Shown here piece after piece: positions 39,116 through 52,172 of a stretch of 64,000 nucleotides of DNA; positions within the stretch are counted from its first letter, which is position 1; each line of letters begins with the position of its first letter. The position numbers and the translations under genes were made by a program. The stretch lies in contig JAUCBJ010008198.1 of NCBI GenBank assembly GCA_032718475.1, positions 1 to 64,000 on the forward strand. Reading direction: 5' to 3'. The stretch is from Nemertoderma westbladi. Taxonomy: Eukaryota; Animalia; Xenacoelomorpha. The notes under the pieces were generated by a model, which ran no database searches, had not been told where the DNA came from, and saw nothing but the letters and a program-made list of their open reading frames with translations.

Positions 39116-39324
39116 GCTAGTGAGTTATCCACCACTGTGAGTACAGCTAGTACTGAGTTATCCACCACCGTGAGTGTGAGTACAGCTAGTACTGAGTCAT
39201 CGACATTAATAATATCCTCTGAGTTACAATAAACAAATGAGCGGCACTGCCGTTGGTCGTGTGGCCTCCGTTGGGAACGTCGGTTCCAGGAACCGCGGTA
39301 GGAATCCCATAAAGGATAGATGGA

Positions 39325-40165
39325 ACCCGTAGACCCAACGGGTAACCCGCGGGTTTCATCTAACCCGTAGACTCAACGGGTAACCCATGGGTTACATCCA
39401 ACCAGTAGACCCAACGGGTAACCCATGGATGAAATCCCACCCGTAGACACAACGGTTAACCCATGGGTTACATCCAACACGTAGACCCAACGGGTAACCC
39501 ATGGGTTACATCCAACCCGTAGACCCAACGGGTAACCCATGGGTTACATCCAACCCGTAGACCCAACGGGTAACCCATGGGTTACATCCAATCCGTAGAC
39601 CAAACGGGTAACCCATGGGTTACATCCAACCCGTAGACTCAACGGGTAACCCAAGGATTACATCCAACCCGTAGACACAACGGGTAACCCGTGGGTTACA
39701 TCCAACCCGTAGACCCAACGGGTAACGCATGGGTTACATCCAACCCGTAGACCCAACGGGTAACCCATGGGTTACATCAAATCCGTAGACCCAACGGGTA
39801 ACCCATGGGTTACATCCAATCCGTAGACCCAACGGGTAACCCATGGGTTACATCCAACCCGTAGACCCAACGGGTAACCCATGGGTTACATCCAATCCGT
39901 AGACCCAACGGGTAACCCATGGGTTACATCAAATCCGTAGACCCAACGGGTAACCCATGGGTTACATCCAACCCGTAGACTCAACGGGTAACCCAAGGAG
40001 TACATCCAACCCGTAGACTCAACGGGTAACCCATGGCTGAAATCCCACCCGCAGACACAACGGGTAACCCATGGGTTACATCCAACCCGTAGACTCAACG
40101 GGTAACCCATGGGTTACATCCAACCCGTAGACCCGACGGGTAACCCATGGGTTACATCCAACCCG
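39325..40165. repeat. Second, unrelated 38-bp palindromic tandem repeat, about 22 units (ACCCGTAGACCCAACGGGTAACCCATGGGTTACATCCA)
   Basis: Period 38; perfect palindrome GTAACCCATGGGTTAC and hairpin ACCCGT...ACGGGT in each unit. Confidence 0.93.
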
Positions 40166-40598
40166 CCAACCCAGTAGGATTACATTTAGCACCCGTCCCA
40201 CACAAGGGTGACAATTTCAGATATTTGTATTTTATTTAATCTACAATAGATCAGAATTAATGAGTATCTCTAATCTGAAAACGGCTTTAGATAGATCTCT
40301 TTTAGTTCTGTCAAAGGTATGTCTGCCAAAATACCAGGGTATGGCAGGGGGTGGGGGGTCTAGAATTAAATAAATTTGGCATAGATTGTTGGATACAAGG
40401 TCAGCATTATTTGGAGTTATCTAGAATAATGTCAGTGTATTAAATTGTTGATTTCTAATATCGAAATATTGATAATTTAGTTCTCAATTAAACCATCATT
40501 AACGATTGCACCTACCATTAACCTGCGTCTACTTTGCTAAACTAATTATATAAAAGAAGATAAGTCTGAGTTTTTAGTCATTCCCTCTGCTTTGTGTT

Positions 40599-43485
40599 CT
40601 AAATATGTTTCTCTCCACTCCCTATGTCCCGTATTTGACTGCGACTTCTCGTTTTGGTCACTTTGAGGGATTTTTTACTCGCCTTGAAAACTTGTTGAGC
40701 TTTTATTGGAGGAATTATCTTGCCTAACTTTGTTTTAACACTTGGTCTAGTGAGTTGCTTTAACGCCGATTCTGTATTCCAATTGGGCCCCGTAGGATGA
40801 CGAATACTACGTTCGAACTGCTGATTGGTTGTAAACCCAAACGGTAACTTCTTCACTCTATGATTATCCAATTTCTCATCACCTACAGGTATTAAACAAA
40901 TAGTTATTAAAAATGTCATGATTATGAATTATTGTATTTTTATTATAATATTGGTATAATTTATTGATTATTAACTTCAATAATTTGAAAGGGAAAATAA
41001 CAATCTGACGATAATATTTTAAGAGAAACTAAAAATAAGATACGAATTAATATATTATATTTCATTTTTCGAGATATATTCCAGGCCTACTTATCGCTTT
41101 TATTACTTTCTATTTGGACCTATTAAGAAAACGCATCCACGCATACAGAGGTTATAGCAAATTAAGTGATATTTCAGGGCAGCATGGTATGCCGGTATAA
41201 TAAGTTTTACGACGTCTCTGGCAGAAGAACCGCAATTCAATCGGCGACTTAATCTACCATTTAAATTAACAACAATCAATTTTTCAATATTTTTTTCAAA
41301 TTTAATTTCAGTTTTTTTATGGTTTGTAAATATAACTTTTAAAATAAAAATGTACATATTATTTTGCGATGCTCTGAAAGATAGGGGTGGGTGTTGTTGT
41401 TCTTGTTTCGAATAAGAACCTGGGCGTTTAAGTTGATAAATTGCCAATTGGGGAGGCGTTTATTCGAGGAGGGCGTTTATTCGGTTATTCGGGGAAGACG
41501 TTTAAGTTACAAATTGTGTGGTTCTAGTGGGGGCGTTCTTATGTTCTAGATTTTCAGCATTTTGAATGTAATAAAACCCTAATAAAAAATAGGGCCAGCC
41601 TACACAGTACACATACACTTGTTATTTCTGGGTTTACTTCTTGACTCGGCCATCGAAACCCTAGACAAAAAGTCTCCTTAAACCTAACTGGGAACCCTCC
41701 GTCTAACCCTATTTGGAACCTAAAGTATGATTTTATGTATTTATCAGGCCCTTCTGAACTGGAATACCAATGTTTAATACAGTATTAATATTAATAAACG
41801 CCGCGGCGTTTATTCGGGGAAGGCGTTTAAGTTGTTAATTTGATGGTAAGGGGGGCGTTACGTTAATTCGAGGTGGGATTGGGGGGGGGGGGGGGGGGGG
41901 GGGGCTCTTATTCGAGTAAATACGGTGTATTGTTACGCCACTGTTGACATAACTAACCCTGTGAGTTTAATAAGGTGTTGCTTAACTTGGCGTCCGGCCG
42001 TTGGTTGGCAGTGACCGTGGCAGACGGTTTCCTTGTGAACCGGCGTCTCTTTCGTTTACTGACAGTCAACCCACCCCCGGACCACTCCCCCCAGCCGGGC
42101 AGTGATTGGTCGATATCTGGGGGCGGGGCCAGGGCCACCGCCTTCTCCTCCAGGAAATCAGCTACTACATCATCCCCTGCGAAAGCCTCCCGCGCATCCT
42201 CATTGGCTAGATTTGGCATCTCGTCGTCGCTTGATTGGTCGGCATCTAAAACTCTTAGTTTCCTTGGTTTCACTGTGAATACATTGCTAGGATCCAACAT
42301 AACGTCTTCTTTAATGGCCTTAGTAACACTATTGCTCACTAAAGTATTACCGCCTTTATTTACCAGGTTCCGGTTCCGGTTCACATCATCATCAATATCA
42401 TCGTTGGAATCGTAACAAATATGTTTCTCTGTGTTTCCGAGGTTCTCAACATTTGCACGTAACGCATGCCCCTCCATAATCATGGCTTCTACGTATTCAC
42501 TATCTGTATCCGCTGGTTCGACGGGGTCTGGCAACCTAGGCAACGGTGTCTCTGCGACTTGCCCCTTCGGGCGGGAGTATCTAAGGGCGGTATCCACGGT
42601 AACCACAGAGACCTCCTTATCTGCCTTCCGCACCAACCACGGGTTACTGGGATCTACCATCCCCTCGGCAATGGTATCGTCGCATTCTTCCTCAACCTCG
42701 TCGCTACTCTCTTCCTCAACCACAACGTGTTTCTCTTTAAGTTCGCTCTGCTTCGCTTTCATCTCGTCCAGCGCCATTCGGGATTCGTCGTTATGTTTTC
42801 CGAAGATCCTCATTTGTTTCGCCCATTTTCCCTAATAATATTGACAAAAGGAACTGAAAACAGAAATGTTACAACATAAAAAGACCACCAAGCTGTAGGC
42901 CTTATTTACTCTAGAGTTAAAACGGGATTAGACTTTTAGGGATTTCCGGGATCGGAATTGTCACTCTCGGGATCCCAATTACAATATTGAAATTCAATTT
43001 TCTAAAAGTTTTCAGTTATTTGCCTGTGAAAGTAAGATACAGCTTTTGGGCAATTTATAAAATCACCCTATTGTATTTCACACGGCTGAAATATTAGCAA
43101 AGATAAAGTAATAATAAATTGTATTTATAGTTGATTATTTGATGGTTTACTGATAAATTAATTCGATATCTATTCTGGTGGAGCTATCCACCGGATATTC
43201 AACAATTCACTTTCACTATTTATTTGTACTTCGTGATGAAATTTTTTTCAGAATCCTGATTTGTTGGAATCCCGTTTCAAAAGTAAATAGACAATCAGTG
43301 ATGCAACTTTTATTCTATCAGACTAGATTACCTGGCTGCTGTGTCGTTGACTCATTCTCTCCAATGCCCTCAACTTCTCCAACTTTACCAACGTCCCCTC
43401 TGCTTTATCGGGATCTCCCTGTTGGGATTCTTCAAACTCCTTTTTTAACATTTTTTCTCTATCTTTCCGTCGGTGTCGCCGAAAT
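40599..43485 (-). CDS. UTP14: U3 snoRNA-associated protein 14, 3' exons: 43485-43332, 42831-41958, 40882-40599
   Basis: LEKLRALERMSQRHSSQ|GKWAKQM; AFAGDDVVADFLEEK; SLPGWGEWSGGG; LPFGFTTNQQFERSIRHPTGPNWNT. Both introns are GT-AG and phase-compatible (phase 0 and phase 1). Confidence 0.92.
41405..41926. mobile_element. Tc1/mariner-pogo-type MITE in UTP14 intron
   Basis: Right TIR TTATTCGAGTAAATACGG; GGCGTTTATTCG subterminal repeats; the matching left-TIR form is at 44448. Confidence 0.65.
42920..43200. repeat. Dispersed MITE-like repeat (GGGATCCC motifs); second copy at ~44225-44440
   Basis: TCACTCTCGGGATCCC...TTTTCAGT...GATGGTTTACTGA shared between both loci. Confidence 0.55.
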
Positions 43486-43719
43486 CTATCGGAAAGTAAC
43501 ACGATTACGAAGAAATTATGTGGCGAATTCTTACAATTATTAAATAATATGATGGTATTCTTTTTTAGTCCAAACGATGTATTAAAAAAGGAGACTACTG
43601 TGCAACGTCTAACGTCCCTCCCTCAGGAACAAAATTAAAAAATTGGAGACAATAAGAAACAATTAAAAAAAACTTAAAACTCTAAAAAAAACAGGGGGTT
43701 GGCGGTTTTTTATTTTTAT

Positions 43720-44030
43720 AACAGGGGGGGGGGGGGGGGGGGGGGGCAGGCCCGTATGGTGACCATTATATCTGGGGGGCAGAGGCCAAATCTGGGGGGG
43801 GGGGGGGGGGTGGGGAAACCCATAACTGGGTTTGGGGGGCATACAGCAAAGTGAGAGTTAATATCGTACGTAAAGAAAAATCAATATTGTTGAAGAGTGT
43901 GTGGGGCGAGCCACGAAGTTGGAGGACCCTTGTCGACCTGGCACTGTTAAGGGAGTGGGCCAATAATAGCAAATAGTTGTTGTCGTTACGATTTTGACAT
44001 GCCAATAACTTTGCCAGTGCCATTATAATT
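43720..44030 (-). mobile_element. 3' end of HINE-like element
   Basis: GTGTGGGGCGAGCCACGAAGTTGG is the reverse complement of the terminus at 56141-56164. Confidence 0.55.
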
Positions 44031-44445
44031 GGACCAAATGGAATGGTGGCGGAGTCAGGTCAGGTCAGTGGGTAGAATTAGTATGTGAATCCAATACTAT
44101 TGATTACCAACAATATTATTATTAATTAATTGTGAAAACAAGACGAGAGAACAAGACATGACTGGGGGGGCGTGGGTCTTGTCTGGGGGGGGGGGGGGGG
44201 GGGGGGGGCTGGTCAGGTGTTTAAATGGGATCGGACTTTCCGGGATCAGGACCGGGATTATCACTCTCGGGATCCCGATTTTCGGGATTGAAGTTTTGAA
44301 TAAAAGGTTCTTTAAATTTTCAGTATATATTGCTGTGTTAGTGTTAGTATAAAATGGGTTTTGGAAAAATTATATTAGTAAGTTAAATAGTTGAATACCG
44401 GATGGTTTACTGACATTAATTTGATATTCAATAAATTTACTTCAC

Positions 44446-44665
44446 TACCGTATTTACTCGAATAAGAGCCTTGGTGTTTAAGTTTATAAATTGCCAATTG
44501 GGGAGGCGTTTATTCGACAAGGGCGTTTATTCGGGGAAGGCGTTTATTCGGGGAGGGCGTTTATTCGGGGAAGGCGTTTAAGTTCCAAATTGTCTTGAAT
44601 GGGGGCGTTTATGTTTATATTCTAGATTTTCAGCATTTTAAATCTAAATACCCTAATAAAGAATG
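44446..44665. mobile_element. Left part of pogo-type MITE
   Basis: TA|CCGTATTTACTCGAATAAG followed by four GGCGTTTATTCG repeats; similar to 41405-41590. Confidence 0.65.
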
Positions 44666-46830
44666 TTGTTAAATTCAAAGAAAACGAGTTAAACAAATGA
44701 AATAATTCAAATAAAACCAGTCGATTTTTTTTTTAACATAGTGACGTCGGTCCAGCCGACATTATATTATCTTCAAAGTAAAATTGTGTAGTACATCATG
44801 CACAAGTGACGGGTAAAACGGGTAAAACGAGTAAAACGAACGCGCAAATAATTACATGTGTTGCGTAGTACATCCGGTAAAAGTACAAAGTACGGTAGAC
44901 CAAACGCACAAATAAAATATACCAAATTGTACTGCAGAGAACATAGTAGTCAAGTAGACAGTGGCGACCACCGTTCAAATTGGGTATGACTGCAGTTTTT
45001 TTTACTGAAAGTGTTAACTTGTATAAGCCATTTGAAATTATGTTATATTTCCCATACTCCGCATTGAGCATTTTTTTCTAGAACACTATTTATCTTAACG
45101 ACAGATGTTTTACATAGCAACAATAATAAGTTAACCGGCAGGGGTATATTTACCAATTGAGACACTGGTCATTCATAAATAAGAAGAAACAAAAGTAGAA
45201 ACTAAAAATTTAAGGAATAAGTATTATGGTTGCAATTAGGAGTTACAAATTTTGTGTTAGCGGATCCATTCCGCTATGCATACCAACCACAAAATGGGGG
45301 GGGGGGGGGATTTACCACATTGGCTATCAAGGTATCCAACAGGGCATACCGGCAAAGGGATGATGCAGGGCCAGCTGGGCTGCGGATGAACAATCCGCCT
45401 CAGTGGCTAGAGGCTAACCAAAGGTCTAAGGGAGGTAGATCCATGGGTGGTAAATAGCCAATGGGAGGCCAGCACATGGCAAAGAGCGTATCGGTTGGAG
45501 GCCAACAACGTGTCAGCCTATTAGGCTGTATTTTCCCCTTTACATATATTAACGGTTACGTGTATTCCAACCAGTTGGCATTTTACTCATTATGGTATAG
45601 GTGAAATAGTTTCCGCCGCTACGCTGTGCTGTTGCCACTACTGGTAACTATTCATCAGTCTATAGTCAATCGATTAACAACAGCAAAGTTCAACAGACAA
45701 ACTCTTTATTCAACAGCCTACGGCCAAGTCAGTCCATCCATCAGTCAGCCAGTGTGCGCGTAGGAACAACCACGACCTCGTCAACCGGTCGGGATCTCGC
45801 GCCATCCGAGATGAAGGTGAACTTGTAATACATACATTCATACATATCTCGGTGTGCAATTTGGAGCTCATCATTGTGGCCAAGAAATGCATCGACATAC
45901 CTCTCTCTCAGGAATACATCTCTCTCTCTTTCTAACTCTCTCTAGACTGTTTCATCAAGAAGCCGCGGAAATATGTTAATTCGAATGTGAACCTCGTGGC
46001 CGACTCATTTAAGGATGCAATGGCGCAGGTTTATCCTTAACGAAGTAGCAGTGGTCACCCAAACTGATATGTTGTATATGTAGGGTGATGTTCAGTATTG
46101 GCAGTGGGACGTGAAATAAAAGGTGAAGGAATTAGTTTAATTTTTGATAATAATATATTTATTTACACGTTATGACAGTCCTTGTTCGCACACTTGCAAT
46201 AAAAATTTAATGCCCAATTTAGAAATTGCTGCGTCAACAACTAGTGGCGGCTGCATATTGTCTTCAGCCGCTCTCCAGAATAATACTTGCGAGCATACTC
46301 TTCTTATATTATTGACTGCTGCAGTATCAGTTGGATGTAAACTTCATATCTGAAATATATGTACTTTCATTATATTTTGTGCATGATATTTAATTTAAAA
46401 GTTAAAGTTCTAGGAATCAAAATTAAACTCTCTCTATGGAAGAATCGACGCAAATAACAGCTGGTTACTCCAAAAAGTAAAACTGTATCCTTTCCTACTG
46501 ACTTTCGTTTATTGTTTTGGTTAAAATAACATGCTACTGTAACCGGCTTCTTTCCCTAAATTGGAAAATTAACATCGAGACGAAATAGTTTTTTTTTTTT
46601 TTTTTTATTAGTTTATTCGCGCATATTCGCGCCTCACCAGTCGAGCTGGCATTTAATTATTATTATAATTGACAGTTAACAATTAACACATTAAAAATCA
46701 TTTTAAAAAAGGTCTTATGGATCGACCAGAAGATTAAAAGAATACCACATTGCGTAATATTGAATTAAAACGTGACTAAACCGGTTTACTAAAAAGCCAG
46801 CTACTCTAAAAGTCTTAATATCTAAGTGAT

Positions 46831-47713
46831 TTATTCATCAGTTCTATTATAGTAAGAGGAAAATATTTCACGTTTACTTTTGAAACTGAGTCCATTATTG
46901 GAGTAGCACATAGAGAGAAAATCTGCGCTACAGCAATCACTTATGTTTGGTGCACCTGGTGACATTCTCTGTGTCAGTTCCTTGTAAGAGTAATCAAAAT
47001 TAAATATGTTAAATAATGATGGTAGCGCATATAACTTTCTGCCCTTACTATAAGAAGCTGCAATACTAGGCAGATTATTATTTAGGTAACCATCCCATTG
47101 ACCAATCGAGCATAAAAACCGTAGCATATGTTGAAGGTCGTATTTAGGGCAACACTTAATGCGCTCTATCAGATTGGCCAATCTCTTGAAGGCAGTAGTT
47201 GAGATACAAGCATTACCAAACACAATTTCCAGTGTCTGAGTACTGATATAATTTCCCGCATAAAGAAGACCACGTAGAGATTTTCTGTATTGAGAATCTA
47301 ACCGCTTTATGTCCGACAAGGAAAGACTACCAACTTGGATCTCCATGCCGTAGCAAAGGAACGGGACAGCTATTGTGTTCCACAGTTTACTGACAACATC
47401 AAGGGGGTATTGTCTGACTGTCCATCCCTTCTGATGGAACGCAGAAGAACAGATACCGATTCGCCGTCTAAGATCAACGATTATATGATCAGGTTTGCTG
47501 TATAATTTGTAACCAATAAATTTAATATATTCTGACAGATTGATCGAGGAACCATTAAACATTATCTGCTGGTTGCTTCCATTAGTTTGGTCACCCATAG
47601 TGGTCCATGACGTTTTACTTACAGATAAGTGCAAACCAATAAGGGTCAGCTGTGTTTCTAAGGCAGTTAACATTTTTTCAATTTCAGTACGTGACAATGC
47701 TAGAAGGAGCAAA
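46831..47713 (-). CDS. C-terminal part of host LINE ORF2
   Basis: Begins at the residues that normally follow YADD; GLHLSVSKT, IKFIG, LCYGMEI. Confidence 0.85.
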
Positions 47714-49973
47714 ACAACAAAAAATGGACTCACTATATATCTGGAGAACAACTAAAACTGATGATGATTATGCAAACTTTAAGACGAATAGAAATAAATA
47801 CAATAACTTAAATCGCACATTAAAAAATAATTATATGAAATCAAAATTTGCTGGGGCAAAAAATGCAAAATCACGCTGGAAAATAATTAACTCAATTTTA
47901 AATAAAAAAAGTACGAGCGATATGATTAATACAATAAAAACTAAAAATGGAAAAATTGAACACGGTTGCAAAATAATAGCTAATATACTCAACTCTACAT
48001 TTTTAACACTGGGACTACAGACTAGAAATATCACAAAACAAACACTACCTGTTAACACACATACTCCATTGTGCAATGATACTTTTTCATTTCACAATAT
48101 CACTGTAACTGATCTCTTAACCATCTTGGATAAACTAAATACGAATAAATCTGCTGGTCCCTCCACAATTCCCCCACGCATAATAAAATTAATTAAGACA
48201 AAAATAGCCTACCCATTAACATATATAATAAACCAAAGTTTAACCACATCGAAGTTCCCCTCAAACTTAAAAATGACTAATATTACCCCTGTTTTCAAAA
48301 AGGGAGATAGAGAGAATGCTACCAACTATCGCCCAATATCTGTAACATCCACATTTGCTAAAATTTTTGAAACCGTAATGCTAAACCAAATTGTATCATA
48401 TATAACTAAAAATAAAATAATCAAAAATAAACAATTCGGTTTTCGCAAAGGATATGCAACTTCTGATGCATTAATTTACACTACAGAATCATGGAAAGCA
48501 ACACTAGATAGCAATAAATACGTGGCCATTGCAGCACTGGATGTAGCAAAAGCGTTCAACTCTTTAAATCATAATATCCTATTAAACAAACTTACCCGAC
48601 TCGGATTTCACACTACTGCCACCAACCTAATAGCAAACTACTTACATGATAGGGTGCAAAGAGTCAAAATTAATAATACTCATTCTGACTGGGCTAAAAT
48701 TAATCACGGCATTCCACAGGGTACCCAAGTAGGACCTATCCTATTTCTTTTATACGTAAATAACATATCCGCCTTCTCTGATTTAGATCTAATCCAATAT
48801 GCTGATGACACTCTAATATTTGCATCACATTCAAATCCTTTAACAGCAACACACAATCTATCTGAACATGTAGACAAACTGGAACGTAACCTACTAGATA
48901 TAAACCTAGATCTCAACACGGATAAGTCAGAATTTATCTTACTTTCTCCAAAAACCAGAACACCGAGCATAGAAAAAATACAACTAAAAACACAGTCATA
49001 CACAATTGAACAATCCACTTCAATTAAGTACTTAGGCGTTATTATTGATAATAGACTTAACTGGCACGCCCAAATTGACCAAATTACTCACAAAATGGCC
49101 CTTGCAATATCATGCCTACGCAATGTTAAAGGACAACTACCATTGAAGACAAAATTAAATATATATAAATCTACAGTATTACCTTACCAAAATTATTGCT
49201 CAGATTTGCTAGTACCATTACACAAACAATATGGATATAAACAAAAACTATATGAAATAGAGAAACAACAAAACTTTGGTTTACGCGTAGTCTTCAGTAA
49301 AAAGAATAGGGATTCCACCGGCACAGAACTTCGCACCATTGCTAAAATACCAAATTTACATTCACTGCGAGAATTTAACGCTTTAAAATTCTTTCACAAA
49401 TATACGCATAACTTATCCACCCCTTTCAAACACATAGATCTACCATACTTACCAATTACTTTGTTAACTTCTGGTTCCCACAAACTTCTAAACCCACGCA
49501 CGTACAATATTAAAATTCCAAAAACTTATTCAAATCATGGAACTTACAGTTTAACAGTGGCACTTATTAAAATATGGAATAGTATCCCCACTGAAATTAA
49601 AAAACAAGATACATATAAATTATTTTTACGCGACGTAAAAGCAAAATATTTGAAACACTACACTCGATACGAAGAAATAACTTAATCCCAGGAACAGGAT
49701 ATATACTGCACTGTGCTGCATTCACCTTTTTATTAGTTTATTGTTATTGTTATTTGTTTAGATACCAGTAAAGTTGTTAGTAGTAGGCCCCGCCCCTACT
49801 TGATGTCTATGTTTTACGTATATAGTTAGACCCCTGCTGGACAACTGACGCTTATTTCCTTTTTAAATTATCAGCTTGTGCGACGTTTGTTTGCTAGCTG
49901 CCTCCAATTGGTTTACCAGGCGGAGTTTTAAGGAAATAAAAGATGTTTATTATTATTATTATTATTATTATTA
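47714..49973 (+). mobile_element. 5'-truncated CR1/L2-group LINE with intact RT frame, nested in antisense
   Basis: ORF to 49685 with KSAGP, NYRPIS, QFGFRKG, LDVAKAF, GIPQGTQVGPILF, QYADD, KYLGV; 3' UTR with AATAAA and (TTA)n tail at 49947-49973. Confidence 0.92.
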
Positions 49974-52105
49974 TCTGCATAATTGATAATTCCAACCCAG
50001 GTATCCTTTATAAAGCAGCCAAGGCCAAGTCGCTCCATATTATCAACAACATCATGAATATAGAAGTTGAACAGAGAGGGCGAAAGCAGCGAGCCCTGCT
50101 TAACTCCGTTAAACCCAATAAAAAAGCTTCTGTTTATTCTTTCACCATGTTTGATGAAGTATTTAGTGTTGCGATAATAATAAAGTAATATACAGCAGAT
50201 GAATGGATTCAATATTTTGGATAGCCGGTCGAATAGAACAACATAATCCACCATGTTGAAAGCGGAACTGATATCTGTTTGACAGGCGTAGATAGTGGAT
50301 CCCCTGGATTGAAAATAATTAATCACCTCCAATGCAAGAGATATGGCCTCATCACAACCAATTCTTTTTTGATAGGCCATTGACATGCTATGAGGTTTGT
50401 CAATCTCTACTAGAAATTCCGATAAGCAGATCGCCTCTAAAACCTTTGCATATATGTTGATGCTGGCAATCGGCCTGTATGACGGTGTCTCATATAAACT
50501 TCTACCATGACCTTTGTAAACCATTGAGAGGATGGTTTCTCCAAACACGTCTGGCACACATCCAACTTGAATACTCGTATTTAGGACAATACCGATATGA
50601 TAGCATATTACAGATGGATCTGCACATATTAAGTGTTCAACAACTAGACTCCTACTGTCGGGCGCCTTTCGCTTTGATAGTGATAAGATAGCCTCATATA
50701 TCGTGTTTGCTTCAATTGTAGGCATGCTTGTAGATTCCATTCTAGAACGTAGATATCTTTCAATGTCATCAAAATTCTGTTCACCCTTATGCTGAAGATC
50801 GTTTTGAATTGCTTCACTTATTTTATCTTCCATGTCTGGAGGAGCAGAGTGAGACGTTTTAGAAAAGTTTGACCAAAATGTCTTAGCAGACCCCGTGTTC
50901 AGTCTTTGACTAAGTCGTTTATTTAACATTTCTTTGTATAATTTACGCTTTAGCCGTCGAGTAGCTCGCTTTGAGGACTTAATTTCTTCACACAGAGGAT
51001 CATTATGAGGACTACCTTTACCAATCCACATTTTATATAGTTTCTTTGATGTTTTTGAATAGTCTCGTAGTTGTTTATTGCGGATAAGTATATTTTTACT
51101 CTTACGTTTCCGCTTAGAGATTGGTATGCATTGTTTCGCACACTTAAGAAGTATAGCTGTCAAGTCATTTGTATAATCATTTAACATACATTTAGTCCAT
51201 TTCTCATTTGGCTTTGCAGGGATTCTAAGCATATTCAACTCAGTTGTGACCTTTTCGTTATACTGCCTTAAGTTAGCCACACTGGCCTTCTCCCAGTTGA
51301 ATTTCACTGAGCTAAATGTTTTCATAGAGTTTTTGTAGCCTTCAGCTTTAATAAAACGACTTATATCAATACGACAAAACACTGGTAGGTGATCAGAGAG
51401 GTTGTTCTCAAAGGTTTCCATCATCACACTGCCATCAACAACAAGACTTTTACCATGGTGTGAAGATAATATATGATCTATATATGAGTTTGTGTTGCTC
51501 GCAGCGCTGTGAAATGTATATGTGGGGCCAGAAAAGTTGTTATATGTGTCAACTGCAGCCAAATTGTTGTTAGAGCAAAATTTTATTAACTCTTTACCCC
51601 TCAAGGTAGGTGAAGACCGACATGACCTTGGACCATGAGCAATGCCAATATCTGAGTTTGTGTCCATTAACAAATAGGGAATGCAGTCTGGGTTTGTTTT
51701 GATAATTGATTCTACTCTATTCATAAGATCAATGTACATTTCTAGTGGTTTACCAGCATCAGGTACATAACCGCACAATATGAGAAGACGGCAGGAGGCA
51801 TTAGCTGGTTTGAAAATTCCCCCAATGATGTCGTCATTGGATTCTATCTTTTGGACCAGGTTTAATTTAGACTTTTTTGCAATTAGTGAAACACCACCAG
51901 CGCCACGGCGTTTGTTTGGATTATCCATTTTCTTTGAAACCAATGATAAACAATGGTAATCTGAGCCTAACTGGTTTACCAGGAGCTCCTTTATTTCCTC
52001 AGTATCCAACCAGTGCTCCTGTAGTGCTACTACATCATTAGAAGCACATAAAGATTTAATATAGTCAATACTAGTTATGGCATCATGGCAATTGAATGTT
52101 ACCAT
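49974..52105 (-). CDS. Host LINE ORF2 N-terminal part (APE endonuclease plus RT up to YAD)
   Basis: Uninterrupted ORF; the poly-Asn ending in the ORF track is read-through into the nested element's (TTA)n tail. Confidence 0.9.
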
Positions 52106-52172
52106 TCTTACAGTTCCTTGACAAGAGTTTTTGCTGCTACCATTATTGAAATCCCCCCTCTGTGGTGGATCC

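Larger units (their letters stand above)
29669..39203. repeat. 33-bp tandem satellite, about 9.5 kb and roughly 285-290 units, with higher-order repeats
   Basis: Unit GAGTTATC(C/G)ACCACCGAGAGTACAGCTAGTACT; 1461-bp duplication (32738/34199) and 817-bp duplication (37651/38468); +T 34-bp variants. Confidence 0.98.

Noticed and set aside
41975-42879. Plus-strand ORFs overlapping UTP14
   Set aside because: They are antisense shadows of a GC-rich exon.
44750-46150. Possible LTR or exon-bearing segment
   Set aside because: No paired termini, recognisable domain or repeat partner within the window.
47652-47713. N-terminus of the 677-aa ORF
   Set aside because: This stretch is antisense host-LINE sequence; the invader is 5'-truncated.
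49928-49973. Poly-Asn C-terminus of the RT
   Set aside because: It is read-through into the (TTA)n tail of the nested LINE.
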